The notes: generated by a model from the sequence alone, not told the origin. Numbered from the stretch's first letter, positions 23,714 to 38,889 are shown. The stretch: DNA of 64,000 nt from Octopus vulgaris (GCA_951406725.2 OX597825.1:868001-932000), one strand, 5' to 3'. Translations and numbers: made by a program.

Positions 23714-24099
23714 TTTAAATGAGTTGCTAACAGTTTCATGCTGTGGAAACACAATAATTGGGCAGATTTATTTATGCCGTACATCTGCAAGCAGTCCTTC
23801 AGGCTCAAATATACCACATGGCTGGTTTTATTTGAAAAACCAAGACAGAATACTGGTCTGCACGAAAACATGAGAAAAATATAAGTGGGAGGTCAACGTA
23901 AAAGGTGGAATGAGATGAGGCAGAACAAGAAAACAAAAAAAAATAAGATAGAAAAAGAAAGAAAGCCAAGAGTTGCATTCCGTTTGTCTGCTGAATATTG
24001 AAGCCTGAAGGATTGCTTAGAGACACAAGGCATAGGATATAAACTGGCTAAATTATTGTGTTCCCATAGCATGAAACTATTACTACCTCATATTTAAAT
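23714..24099. repeat. Diverged inverted repeat (arms about 23714-23812 and 23995-24099) with hammerhead-like motifs
   Basis: Both arms read outward gcCTGAAGGA(c/t)tgc...(long loop)...agcatGAAACT(g/a)TTA. Confidence 0.7.
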
Positions 24100-24119
24100 A
24101 TTGTGTGTGTGTGTGGGTT

Positions 24120-24408
24120 GTGAGCTCGAATCCCGGACCGGGCTGCGTGTTGTGTTCTTGAGCAAGACACTTTATTTCATGTTGCTCCAGTTCACTCAGC
24201 TGTAGAAATGAGTTGTTACGTCACAGGTGCCAAGCTGTATCGGCCCCTTTGTCTTTCCCTTAGATAACATCAGTGGTGGGGAGAGGGAAGGCTGGTATGC
24301 ATGGGCGACTGCTGGTCTTCCATAAACAACCTTGCCTGGACTTGTGCTTGGAAGAGTAACTTTCTAGGTGCAATCTCATGGTCTGTGTCGTGACCGAAGG
24401 GGGTCTCA
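24120..24408 (+). mobile_element. tRNA-derived SINE ('family C')
   Basis: B-box-like gctcgaatccc, then gtgttcttgagcaagacactttatttc..gctccagttcactcagctgt. Related decayed copy near 36900-37160 (-). Confidence 0.7.
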
Positions 24409-24849
24409 GATATATATATATATATATATACTAGCAGGCCTCTCAGTGTTTGGTCCAGTCTGTACAGTGCTCAAACGTATTCATAAGGCACATATTAGCA
24501 TCTATCATAATACTCATTTTCCTTATAATAAAAGTTTTTAAAAGGTATCTCAATATTGCATAGCATAATTTAAAGGGGGTTTACAGAGGTAAAACAGGTG
24601 TGAAGCCAGACCTCTGCCTTCTCTCTGTCTATATATCCCTCTCTATGTCTCTATCTCACTCACTATCTCCCCCTCTCTCACTACTTCCATCTGTTTTTCT
24701 CTCTAGAGAGAAAGTATTGTGAGACAGATAGAAACGGGGTTAGGGAGAAGAAAACGAGATGTAGGGGAGAGAGTGATGGCAATCCGTAGTAGTGGTGGCC
24801 ATGTGGATTAATAGGTTGTGGTGAGGCATTATGATAGATGCCAATATGT

Positions 24850-25104
24850 GCCTTATGAAAAAAGGCACCATCCGATCATGGTCGATGCAAGCCCTCCCTC
24901 TGGCCCCTGTGCTGGTGGCACATAAAAAAGCACCCACTACACTCTCGGAGTGGTTGGCATTAGGAAAGGCATCTAGCTGTAGAAACACTGCCAGATCAGA
25001 CTGGAGCCTGGTGCAGCCTCCTGGCTTCCCAGACCCCAGTCGAACCGTCCAACCCATGCCAGCATGGAAAACAGGCATTAAACGATGATGATGATGATGA
25101 TGAT
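24850..25104 (+). mobile_element. RTE LINE 3' UTR with (ATG)n tail
   Basis: Same terminus as 13850-14025. Confidence 0.9.
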
Positions 25105-25412
25105 AAATAACATCATTCGTTAAATCTCCAGTTTTCTGTCAGACAGAATTTCTGCAAATTCTTCAGTTGGATTCTCTTCCACTTGCTTCCAAGCAAAGAA
25201 AGATTTCCCATGGCCAGACACATTTTTTTAAGGAAGACTGGAAATGAAGACGATTGCTTGTTTACAACCATCCCACGATGTCAAGACAAACATGCATAAC
25301 AACATACACACACTTGCACAGAATGAACCTCTTTTTGAAGGTCTGCCAGTCAAATTCTTCCACATAGTTGGGTCAGCCTTGACCAACATTTACCCAAAGT
25401 GGTATACTGTAG

Positions 25413-25638
25413 GCGAGCTGGCAGAAACGTTAGCACGCCGGGTGAAATGCTTAGCGGTATTTCGTCTGCGTTACGTTGTGAGTTCAAATTCCGCCGAGGT
25501 CGACTTTGCCTTTCATCCTTTTGGGGTCGATAAATTAAGTACCAGTCACGAACTGAGGTCGATGTAATCGACTTAATACCTATGTCTGTCCTTGTTTGTT
25601 CCCTCTGTGTTTAGCCCCTTGTGGGTAATAAAGAAATA
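25413..25638 (+). mobile_element. Young family B tRNA-derived SINE with perfect 12-bp TSD
   Basis: TSD ggtatactgtag (25401-25412 and 25639-25650), B-box gagttcaaattcc, CpG-rich. Central gactttgcctttcatccttttggggtcgataaattaagtacc resembles the MetaSINE-type domain as I recall it. Older copies near 32315, 38410, 42866, 43065, 44570, 57790. Confidence 0.9.
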
Positions 25639-25771
25639 GGTATACTGTAGCAGCGAATCCAAGACCAAACAGTTGGGAAACAAGCTTCATTTTTAATTGA
25701 TACAAACACCATGCCACTAACTCCACCAGGATAATTTCTTTCCCTGAACATGAAAATTGAATATATACAAC

Positions 25772-25817
<46 letters not shown>

Positions 25818-26546
25818 TTTTCTTATTTCATCAGAACCTTTGGTTTCTTTCATGACCGTCCACATATAATTAACTCCAGCTGAATTAATTATGTAGTGTT
25901 GATTTGACGAGTGTATCAAATCACTGATTGAGTGACATTCACGACTCACACTCCGCTTGAACAAATGTGGATTATCTAGCAAGAACTGTACTTGAGAAAT
26001 AACACATTTCTATTCTATTCAAATGAAATATCTGCCTGTCCAGTTATCAGCACTCATTCTTTCGGTCTATTACTAATGTGTGTGTTTACATGGATATCAA
26101 TTGGTGAAATAAATTTTTTCAATCTATTCGTCCTCTCTTTATATTTTACAAGCTCCTAGCGAAATAGTCATTACCAATTGGATTTACTGGATTTCAACTA
26201 CATTGGACTTTACCTTTTGGTTTGTTTTGGTTTATTTGTGAGTTTGATTCAGTAAAGGAACTTTTTTGGATGAGTCCCACCAGATATACGATTTTTTATT
26301 TGGATCTTAAATTTTCACATTAACCAGCATCTTTGAAAATACATAATTCGGCATCATTGCTGTACTCTAGTACATTGCTGTACTCTAGTACTCTCTCTCT
26401 TTGATCATTTACTCAGTTGTTGTATAGCTATTTTGGTTTGATCCCCATTGTAGCCCCTTAAGGCTTCACACATAGCTTGTGTTTCGTAACCAATAACTTG
26501 TATGTGAAATTTTCTTAGAAACTAAAGAAGCTAGATGCATGTGTAT

Positions 26547-27305
<759 letters not shown>

Positions 27306-27360
27306 ACCGTCCAACCCATGCTAGCATGGAAAGCAGACATTAAATGATGATGATGATGAT
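27306..27360 (+). mobile_element. Extremely 5'-truncated RTE tail inside (TA)n
   Basis: accgtccaacccatgctagcatggaaagcagacattaaatgatgatg. Confidence 0.85.
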
Positions 27361-30300
27361 ATATATATATGTATGTACGTTTATATTGGTGACAGCTTTA
27401 CAGATATGTTAAAAGTTTCTCAATAAACCAGTGTGTCTAACAAAAATACCATGTGGTATTTAATTCCCCCATGTTGCACAGACTCTCCCATGATATGCTT
27501 GCCACTGGAAATGTAATGAACCAAAGATCAGCATATTGGAAGAGTATAACCAACAACACTATTGTTCACAAAAGCATAAATATATATATAGAAAAAAATA
27601 ATTATCAATTAAAACTAGAATTTTAAAAAATGATTTTTAATGCTCTGTAGCAAGCTTTATCAGAACTAAGCTAAGCTTTTAGAATTATGGTAATATCAGC
27701 ATCTTTATCTGAAGCAGATGAAAGAATTACATCTGCATTTTGATTTTATTTGACTGGATAATTTCAGATCAAACAATTTATTGCATTTTGGTGTAATTTT
27801 ACAATTTCACTGCTTCATTGTTGTGTAACTCCAGTTCAGCTTAGATCAAGCAGACCTATGATCAAAGACACTCCAGCTGTGACCATTCTGCTTCTCTTCA
27901 AGGCAGAATGAACACAGAACAACATTATCCAACGAGTCATTTTTATTTTTCGTTTTCTAAAATGCTAAGGCATGACTTGAAAAAAAAATTAGGCAGCTAT
28001 TTCTAGCAGGTCGAGAGACCATGTAAAACCTCCCAATATTTTTTAGACTTTTTTCTGTATTCAGGACAAATGAAATTTCTACTTAATTACTGATTTCCTC
28101 AAAGAAAGACTCTGAGCTCAGATCATCAGGACTATCTCATTCTCCATGGCAACTACATGAATTTTAGCTTTCATTTTACTTCCCAGATTACTTGTGGCCA
28201 TTGCACACACACACACCCTCTCTAGTTTCCTCCAAATATGGCTCTTACCATCGTCTACATTATGCTACCTTCTATTTCTCCAATTAATTATGAAATTTTT
28301 GTGACCTTTTGGTATAAATTCATTAGACTTCAGGAAACATTCATAATAACACTTTCATAAAGGAAGTATTAATACATTCTCAAAGACTTTGTCTTCACTT
28401 CCTTTAATTGAAGGTACACTCATGTAAAAAAACAAAAAAAAAATGTTAATGCCAGAATTTGAAGAACCTATGGTAGGTAAGTGGCATCAAATCAACCGTT
28501 ACAACTAACCATGAGGAAGCCTCTATGTGGTCCCTTGACATGTGTCAAATAACAGCGGAATTATTCTCAAATCCCTAAAATGGTAGGATGCATTGGTTAA
28601 GGCAATCTTAGATGCATTATTCTTGAAGCAAAAATGGGTTGGTTACAACTGCAATGCTTTTTGTCATAGGTCTGTTTAGGGGTGAATTGGTGTTAAACAC
28701 CGATAACAACAACAATAACAACTGGTTAACTATCTTCATAAAGTGATGTCTATTTTAAAGATATTTTCTTCTCTTAAAGTGCTGACTATTTATTTCCGAG
28801 ACATTTAGACTTAATAGCTTTCTCAACCTATTAGACTCTTTTTCTGAAATCTGTTATTCTTTATTTTTTATGAGAGTTTGAAAAGTTTTAACTTTTTTGC
28901 TTTACTTTTGATTAGTTTCACTTTCATGTAAGAAATTGGAATTTAGAAAATTACATTACTTTGTTTAAAATTTCAAGAGAAATATCAGTTACAAGTGATT
29001 GTAATGAAATTTAAATTGTTTTTACTTTTGTTTAATGTCAGCGTCAAAAATGGTTTTGGTATTATATGTCAACATTGAAACTTCATTATCAGGCAGCAAA
29101 GATCTACAAGTAACTAATTGTTGAAATGTGGCATCAAATACCGACCACATATGCTTTCATGGCAGCACTCTAAATTAGAGGATTTTAGGATATGGTACTG
29201 TTAATTCTGTGCATTGTGTTAGTGTGGAATATTTAATCTCACAAACACTTGTCTCTTAGCTATTTAAGATAACCTCCTGTCTGAGTTAGTAAGTCAGGAG
29301 ACAATGAGGAAGCTGCTGTGTGGTGTCACTCAACCTATGAAGCATAGCAATCAAATTGCCATCGAGTCACATATTGGATGATATCCGACATATACAAAAT
29401 CTGACATCCATAAAAAAAAAGATCTCCCTCCCTCTCTCCCAAATACTGGGATGATCTTCGCTGGAATGCTATTACTTTAACCATAAAGAATTGTTCTGCA
29501 AGAAAGCGCCACCTTGCCAAAAGAAATTGCCTAAGAGAAGCAGGGAGGAAAGTGACAAGTTACCATTTTGCAAGCAGCGGCAGGTTTTCCATGTATCCTC
29601 AAAATTTAACCAACGTCTACATGCTGTATTATGTTATATACAGTGTGTGACAATATGTTGTACAATATGTCCAGCCCTACCAACTTGTACGTGTTTCAAA
29701 AATGAAATACATTACACAGAAACAGAATACTACAGGAAGAAAAGGGCACTTTCCCTTAGAAGTCAGAGTAATCCTGAATCTTTACGCTTCCTTGATTGAC
29801 TTCTTGTTGAGTCATCTTATTTTCACACCTTTTGCATAATTTTATTTTGTTTTAATAATTAATTTTGAGTAAACCTCATTTTTGTAGTTTGCATAATTTG
29901 TTACTGTACTGTTACTTGCATTAATACTCTTGTGACAATTTGAAGAAATAATAATTATTATTGTGGTTGCTTTCCAAAGACACCAGCTCTGTTATGAAGC
30001 TCTGCTCAGAAGTTGTTTTTTTCTGGTTGATTATTTGATGACAAAAACAAAACGTTTCCTCTTCAACTAAAAGCTGTGTAATATGTAAATGTCTACACCA
30101 TTCCCTCAAGTGAAAAGGTAGTTTGTCCTGACATATTTTGTTGTGTAAATATAGTTTTACAAGCGTCCATTTTGCACTTTCCATTAGTGGTTCAATATGA
30201 TGAATTTTGTGGTAGTGAGTGTGGGAGGGGATTAATCATAATGTTCATAGCAGTGAATATTGTCCAATCCTCAAAAATAAAATTTTTGCAGAGACAGATT

Positions 30301-31581
30301 TAAAAAGAAAAAAACCAGAAACATGACAAAAGAACACAATTACAAGAATAAACTGTTACAATTTGAGAAGCACACAAAAATAAGGAAAATCATCTGGCAA
30401 AAATGCAAATTTAAATGGTTATAACAAAAGGACAAGCAACAACAACAACAACAATTACTCATCTTTTGCCAGCAGTGTGAGCCAAAAAGAGTTACTAGAC
30501 AAGGGTCAATTCTAGTAAAAAACAAAAAAAAATATGGTAGAGCTATGTTATAAAAGAGATTATCTCCTTGCTTGGAGAATTCACTAAAGAAAGAACAAAG
30601 AGGCAAGTTACATATTTCTGTTCTCCAAAGAACAGGGTCTGTTTCAATAAGCCCCCAATAGAAAAGTTGGAGGGGTGGAGGGCTTGGTTGATATGAATCA
30701 GAATGTATGCTTGAATGATGGATATATTTCCATGTGAAAGCATATGTCAGTATGAGGCTGGGTGGAGTCTGCAAGAACCTCCCAGTCCTGGTGACCCTTA
30801 ATAATCACAATGATATGCTGGAGTTATAACCCATAAGGGGAGCAGAGAGGACCTCAGTCAGATTGGTCACAACATATTTTATACAGATTGAGGGAAGACA
30901 AATATCAGCTGACTGATAGAGATTGAAGACTATATCAGTGGACAATCAACCATCACTCTCCAGTGAATGTAGAACTCTTCAGGACTTGGCTCAGATGGAA
31001 GATGCTCATGGGCAATTTTGAAAAACTTACCTTACAGAAGGTATTGAGCAGATGGCAGTTAGGGTTGTCAGGTGATGTGATTTTCCCGAGTTGGCAGTTC
31101 TGAACTCTTGTATGCATGGCTTGCTTTTATATGTTTTGTGTGTTCTGAAGTTTTGACTAATTTTTCTGCTGTATTAGGTTCTTGATCTACATGTTATATA
31201 TATATATATAAAACATTTTGTGTGACTTGTTTTGTATTGTATGTATGGATTCTTGTGGTCAATAAAGAAAGGATCATCATTATTACCAAAGCCATGCCAT
31301 TTTCACAATATTTGCTAAACATGCTATATTTAATAGATCAATTATTAAACTGAAATTATTATCTTAAGATATTGATACCTTATGAAGACAAGTTTAGGTA
31401 AGGAACTGAATGAGAGAGAAGGCTAAAGTAACCCATTTCAGGTCATGAATTAACTTTGGAAATCAAAACAGAGTCATGGCCTCAGTTTCTTAGGAATGTA
31501 TATTTTGCAAATAATACAATATTTATATGTTTATATATTTGTTTTGCAAGATTTTTGATGTGAAATCCTGTGTTGAAACTG

Positions 31582-32158
31582 ATATTGTTGTATTTTGGAA
31601 TGGTCATTTTGCCAGATTAGCCAATAACAACACACGCACTATATATTTGGTGTTATTTTGCTTCAGTATTATTTATTTTTTACATTAATCTTAATCTTAT
31701 TTCGGCCAGAGTTCTTTCGTCACAGGCGTGTGACCGCATCAGTGGTCCTTTGTTTTCTTCTTTCTTATTTGTGTGTCTCTCCTTACTAACGGTCAGCCAT
31801 TTTGTATTTCTATTGTATGTATATAAACAGGAAATACAAATATTACAGGCATTTCCCCCCACACACACACTAACTAAACATAGACACACATAGAAATATA
31901 CACATGCACAAATGAAGACACATACAATAGAAATACAAAATGGCTGACCGTTAGTAAGGAGAGACACACAAATAAGAAAGAAGAAAGCAAAGGACCACTG
32001 GTGCGGCCACAGGAGTGTGACGAAAGAACTCTGGCAGAAATAAGATTAAGATTAATGTAAAAAATAAACAACACTGAAGCAAAGTAACACCAAATATATA
32101 GTGCGTGTGTTGTTATTGGCTAATCTGGCAAAATGACCATTCCGAAATACAACAATAT
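31582..32158. mobile_element. Long inverted repeat (arms about 31582-31820 and 31921-32158), probably divergent Penelope-type pLTRs, each with a hammerhead-like motif
   Basis: Arms about 240 bp and highly similar. Outward reading ggacca-CTGATGCG-GTCACA(4 nt)TGTGAC-GAAA-gaactc-tggcc. No TSD or terminal TIR signature. Confidence 0.75.
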
Positions 32159-35100
32159 TTATAGATATCAAAATTTGAAGGACAATATTTATTTGAAAAT
32201 GCTGAAATGCCAGTACTTGAAATAGTATGCATTTCAACTATGGAATTCATTTTAAAGAGATAAAACATCATTATATATTAGGTATAATTAAAATAATTAT
32301 CACAGGATAATGGACAGGCAGAATCATTTGAACATCAACCAAAATGTTTTGTTCTGTTTATTCTGTGTTCAAATCCTGTCAAGATCAAGTTTGTATTTTA
32401 TCCTCTTGAGACCAATGGAAATTGGTGTCAGTTTAATCAACCAATTTCTTCCCTTCAGAATTTAGAGTCTTGTTTTATATTACCATATTAGCAATTATTA
32501 TTTGGCTCTTGCAATGCGAAAAGGTTTTTCTTCTCTCTGTGAGACACGATTCATTCAAACATTACTGAATGAGATCTTTTTGGAATACTTGTGAAAATGA
32601 AAAAGAAAGAAACAAACTATAATTATCTGAAGAAGACCTGCCTTTGATACACGGGGGATGGGGTGGGGGTGGGCAACAAGAACAACAACTAAAAACTGTT
32701 AATGTTTTACAAGCTTTCAAAATTTTATTTACACCCATGATATTTTCACATCTAAAATGACTACCAAACATAATTATGCTACAAGACTGAACACTACAAT
32801 GTCAAAAATACACAAACTCAGAACACAAAACTGAACATATAAAACGGAGAAAATGAGTAGATTAAGGAACAATTAATAGAAGAAAATACACCAAATAGTA
32901 GTTTTGAAGATAGCAAGAGTTGTAACAACAACAATAATGATTACATGAAGTCAAATATTATGGTACGTAGTAGTTGTGTTGAAGTGAAAAATATAATTTA
33001 CAGACAGAAGAAAAGAAAATGTAGATGGGAGGATTTTGTAAAGCCAAACAGCAATTCTTTGTGGCTGGATATTTTGCAGGAAAGGGTAAAGAGAAAATAA
33101 TATATCTCAACTTGCAAAACGATGGAAGCCGACTAAATCTTTGTTCATGTCATAACAAGCTCTCCAGAACAAATTGGGAGAATTTCTTTCAACTGAAAAA
33201 AGTAAAAGTTATGACACTTTCTATTGTACCTTCAGAAGTGAAGATTTGACCAAAATACAAGTTGAAATCGTCAGACATTCATATGACTATACATTTGTAC
33301 ATACAAGAGTGATGATAACAGATATTGGAAATTACATAAATCCCTAGCTGTCACTTTTGTATTACTGTAAGGATAAGCGGTTAAAGAAGTCTTAACAAAA
33401 GAATGACATGTGGTCAGGTGACATCAAACTGGATTTGCAAGTTCTAATAACCTTTGAAAGCCACAGAGCCATAATGAGACTGTGTTCAGTAGAAAGTGCT
33501 AAGACAAAGGGAAATTTATGATAGGTCAGAGATCCTAACTGCCACATTTGTTGTAGTAAAACTCAGAGCAGAGATAAGATTGTGGAAAAAAAGCTACAAT
33601 AGCAAAAAGAACAAAGCATCCCACCTTCTCAGTTTCCAGCTAAAACTCCAGAAATTACAAGTAAACTGCCTATATACCTACTATTTGAAATAGACAAGCA
33701 AACACCTCATCTAATACTGCCAGCCTGTACTACTATACCATCATCATGTGACGAAGAAAAACTGTAAATAAAAACCTACAAATAGTTGGTAAAAACACAA
33801 AAAGAGAAAAAAAATCACAAATAATGATGACAGTAGTATAAAACAATGAAAAGAGGTGAGGAATAATTTCTTCAAAATGATAATGAAATCATTTCACAAG
33901 AAAATAACAAAGACATTAAAAAACGATTTGAAATTCATTGTTCTTAGAAAATCAGACAAACAGTAAACAGATGAAATTATGTATCTGTGATGCCATGGGC
34001 TTTCAAAAGTTATAATGACACAAATATAGTTGGCTTCAGAATATAAACAACATGCAAAAGATAGATTATTAAAACTTAGACACTACACTTAGACACCACA
34101 CCGAACTTATAACAGACATAGATATTTTTCAACATCAAATCTTTAAAAATGCTCACAAGTGCATTCGGTTGCACTCATACCAATGTGAGAAATGGCTCAG
34201 CAAACAGGACTCTGAAATACCTAACTAATCTTTTGAGTTACTTTCTTTAATTATATCTTGTTTTAATTATTGTTTTGTTGTACTATTTTTTAAATTTTTG
34301 TGCAAGTATGTGAGTGCACTTATACATGTGTATGTCTATGCTACATGTGTGGACTATTTTAATCTTAATTCTTCCTTCCATAAATGCAACAATTCTCACC
34401 CCTTACTCACAAGATTTTGATTGATTCAAGGCTTTGGTAGAAGACACTTGCATAAGAGGTCATGCAGTGGGATCAAACCCCAAGCCACAGAGTTGCAAAG
34501 CAAACTTCTTAACCACACAGCCATGCCTGCATGCAACTGACAGGGTTAGAATGAATGTACACAGCCTAATGATGCACAACGATACTCTTAGTGAATGACA
34601 AATATTTTATTTTGAATATTTGATTTTGGCTTCCAAATTGTCATACAGCAGCAGAAATATAATATTTATCTTTGACTTCAAATAATATTTTTCTAAATGG
34701 TTGATTAAAGAATTTAATAAAAATATATGAAAACAAAGTAAAATATTTGAGCATGGAAACAAAAAGTCTTCAGGGGTTTCTACTCAGGATAAATTATTAA
34801 AGAAATGATTATCTAAAGCAGAGAAGATCAGTTGAATACCATTATAATTGATTTTTATTAGCTGATATTCGATATATGAACTAATATGAAATGTTGATGG
34901 AAATGGCCCTTTTTCATTAAAGCAATGCAATACATTTGATATGTTTCTGTGATAAAAGATAATTAATATCTAAAATCCTTTTCCTAATATTTGAAACATC
35001 TTCTGTAAGCAATTAACAAGATTACTGACTGTGATTCCCTTTAGAATTTAATCAAAATGTGTTTACCTTGAAGCTTTTGAAGAAAGACATTTGTCATCAT

Positions 35101-35654
35101 TATAAATCCTTGCAATAACATAACAGAAGGCAAATCCAATTATCGAGACCTTTTATCAAATAAACCATCAAGTAGAGCCCCTTTTTATAAAAGATTAATC
35201 ATATTCTATATTAGCTATCTTAAAAAGTAGATCAATTTCCAAACTGTACTTTATGACGTTTCAAATTTTTATTTTTCAATTTTCCATTGGAAGGTAATAT
35301 AGCAATTGTAAATTGGTAATCAAAATAATATAATTAAAACGTTTGATAAGATATTAAATTTTCATTGCTTTCAATTACATTTATGAATTATTGATAGGAA
35401 CATTTTGAGATAAGGGAAACAACAGCTTGGCAACAAAATCTTATTAAGGAACATTCAAACAGAGCAACAAACTTGTAAACACACACACACACACACATGT
35501 ATGTATATACGTACTCATGTATGTGTGCTTGTGTTTTAATGGGCAACAGGGGAGTAGTAGTACTCATTTGAAGTTGATTTACTCTGTCATCTGAATAATC
35601 ACTGGCCAGAAGAAACTTTCAATAGCAACATACTAAATCCTCAGCTTCAAATGA

Positions 35655-35677
35655 ATACATATGCATATATATGTATG

Positions 35678-35715
<38 letters not shown>

Positions 35716-35770
35716 TATATGTATATATAGATAGATATGTATATATATATATAAATGTATGTGCATATAA

Positions 35771-35827
<57 letters not shown>

Positions 35828-35859
35828 AATGTATGTACATATAAATATGTATATATATG

Positions 35860-35921
<62 letters not shown>

Positions 35922-35935
35922 TATATATGCATATA
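35655..35935. repeat. Interrupted (TA)n/(TG) microsatellite
   Basis: Direct inspection. Confidence 0.95.
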
Positions 35936-37594
35936 TTGTTGTGCCTAGGGTTAATTTACAAACAAAGTAGCCTTCCCTCCAACCAAAATGGAACATGAAG
36001 CATTCCACTGGACAATTTTGGAACCGAAAACAAGGCAAGCAGATGCACAACTACAAAACAAACACAAATATAGCAGTTGAAAATGAAGATAATTAAGATT
36101 GAGAAACAAGTGCCATACCTCTGGCCAATAGAAGGTGCAAGTTCCAAAATGAAGCATTAGGAATAAAAGATGGACAAATTTGGAAGATGGACAAAACAGT
36201 ATCAACAAATAATATCATTAAAACAAAAGTAGAATGTTATTTTCTTAATTAAAGAAAGAATAATTAGATAAATATATATTCTATTAAATGCTTTTAAATA
36301 TATTTTGGAGCTAAAATTATAAGAAAATTATAAGAAATATATGGCTATTTCTTTAAATATATTTCTGGCCAATTTTGTTTAGAGGGATGTCAATGCGATA
36401 ATTTAAAGTAACACATATTAGAAATAAGATTTAAAGAAAAAAGAAATAAAAAAAAATGATAAAAGTAAAAAACAACAAACAAATATTCTAAGCATAATAT
36501 GAGACAATTAAAGAATTATTTAAAGGTATTGATTTAATATCATATCAAATTAGCGTTTGAATAAACTATCAAGGAATATTAACATAAGTATAGAAATAGA
36601 ATGAAAATTAAAGACTCTGTGATCAGAAGAACCGTTTCTTTCACTAACATCCATAACAAATTAGTTTAATAATAATTTTGGCAGGTCACACAACAATATT
36701 TCAGATTTACAACTATTTCTGATAGTTTAATTTAATTTCAATTCTAAATATATTATCAATCTAATGTTAAATACTCTTTTAGGCACATGGCCTAAAATAA
36801 TTGATTCAATTCGATGGTAAGGGGAGAGATATATCTATCTTCCTTTTTATAGGCCCACTCTCTTAGAAGCTCATTTTGGTCAGTCATCAGCTGTACGACC
36901 CTTAAAAACCCAGGGCTTAATCTGGTTTCTGTGCTACACAAATGATTGAGGTTACAACACTCCTCCCTAAATAGGTTGCCAGTGTGTTGCAGAGTTAACT
37001 TCCCAGCTATTTCTGGAACCCATTGACAGCTGAGTAGGCTGGAACAATGTGAAACGAAGTGTTTTGCTCAAGAATAAAATGTGCTGCTTGGTTTGTGAAT
37101 CAAAATCATGATTTTATGGTTGCGAGTGCAGCACCTGAAGCACTTGGCTATGCATCTTCAGTTCACTTTGATAGGACTCCGATTTTTTTTACAGATAGCA
37201 ATCCCAGATGATCTGGTATTAATATCTAGCAACTAAGTGAACTGAGGTAATATAGAATCAAGTGATTATTACCCCAAAACACATCAAAACACTTGCGGTA
37301 GGATTGAACTCAAGGTTCATGAGTTAGCAATATTGACTGAGCCATTCTGTTTCAACAGCACTGTTTTACTTGTTCTTATTTTATTGATCCTGACTGTCAG
37401 GCAGGATTTGAACAAAGAATAAAACAAAATACGGAAAAAATATCTAAACAACAATAATAAACCTGTCGGTACTCTATTCAGAGAAAGTTGCAAGGACATT
37501 AATTAGAATATTATATTCTCCACTTTAACCTGACAGACATTTTGCCATTTTTTTAATAATGGTTTCAATATGTCCCATAGTGTTATCTATATTT

Positions 37595-37700
37595 GACGGC
37601 CTGACACAGTTCTGTGACTCATAAGATCCAGTTGAACCGTCCAACCCATGCCAGCATGGAAAATGGACTTTAAATGACGATGATGATGGTGATGATGATA
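37595..37700 (+). mobile_element. RTE LINE 3' tail
   Basis: ccagttgaaccgtccaacccatgccagcatggaaaatggactttaaatgacgatgatg. Confidence 0.8.
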
Positions 37701-38889
37701 ATTCTGCTCTCCCTTCACTGCCATGTGATGGCAATATGTTCCCATCAAATGGCAGTGAAATCAAGAGAACTGCAGACGAATTGCTTCTCATCAAGTTGGA
37801 ATCAAATTTATGGGAAAGCTATGAAAATACATCATAAAGCATGTAGAACAGTTTATCAATGTCAGCTCTTCAATTCTGGATTGCTGTTGGCCAGCCACAG
37901 GTCAATGCTAACAGATTACACCTTACCTATGATCAAAGCATTCCAGCCATGACCAACCACTCTTTTGAAGGGTATGTTTGGGATTACGTTATCTTATGAG
38001 TCTAAAATTTTTTAAAGATAGTTTGTGATTCGAGTAAGATCTGGCTGCTATTTCAAGCAAGTGAAGGATAAGACAAAGGCTCCTTCATTATTTCATCTAT
38101 TTGGAAATGTGTTGCAAGGCATAAAAAGGATTACCCCGGTTTATTTAGTCATATGAATATTATTGTCAAGTTTATCCAATTTGTACTTTGCTATCTAGAC
38201 ACTGTATATCTTCATTAGATTTTTCAAGATTGCTAAGCAGTATCGCAACAGCATCTCTGATAGTCAAAATCTCTTTTCCAAATAAAGACTGCTGAAGAAT
38301 ATCAAATAATCCAGAGAATTATAATTTCAATCTCAAATCACTTCTATTTCATGTCTAGATGCTCTCCTTCAGTTTCCAGCAGCTAATGACAGCCAAGTGA
38401 AGATATAGACGAGCAGAATCAGTAGGGGTGAATAAAATGTCTTATGGCATTTCATCCTGTCCCTTTACATTCTGAGTTCAAATATCACCAAAGTCAGCTT
38501 TTTTTTGTCATCTTTCTGGGATTAAGAAAATAATTACTAATCTATGAGCCATGAGATCAAATAATTCAACTATACTCTTGAAGCGTGGAGTTAGTCTGAT
38601 GATTGGAAACCAGTAAAAGAATAAAAGAATGTGGCCCAGCTACTTGCTATTTCGAATATAATATTTTTTACATTACATCAGTTTCTGAAGGACAAATGCA
38701 ATTGTGCAATTGATTACATCACACTTTTCTGTAGTCTTTGATACATCAAATCTTTCACTGCAAATCACTTCGTCAAGATAATTTTAATTAATGTTACAGA
38801 TCCTGTTACCTCTAAGCAAGTATATTTTCATAAGTACATTTACAAAGTAATTTTCTTATCACTATTTTGGCAATATAATGAAGTGTGTG

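Noticed and set aside
30560-31285. Possible decayed L1/Tx1-like 3' region (GGLG-like peptide, aataaa end)
   Set aside because: Too degenerate to recover diagnostic motifs.
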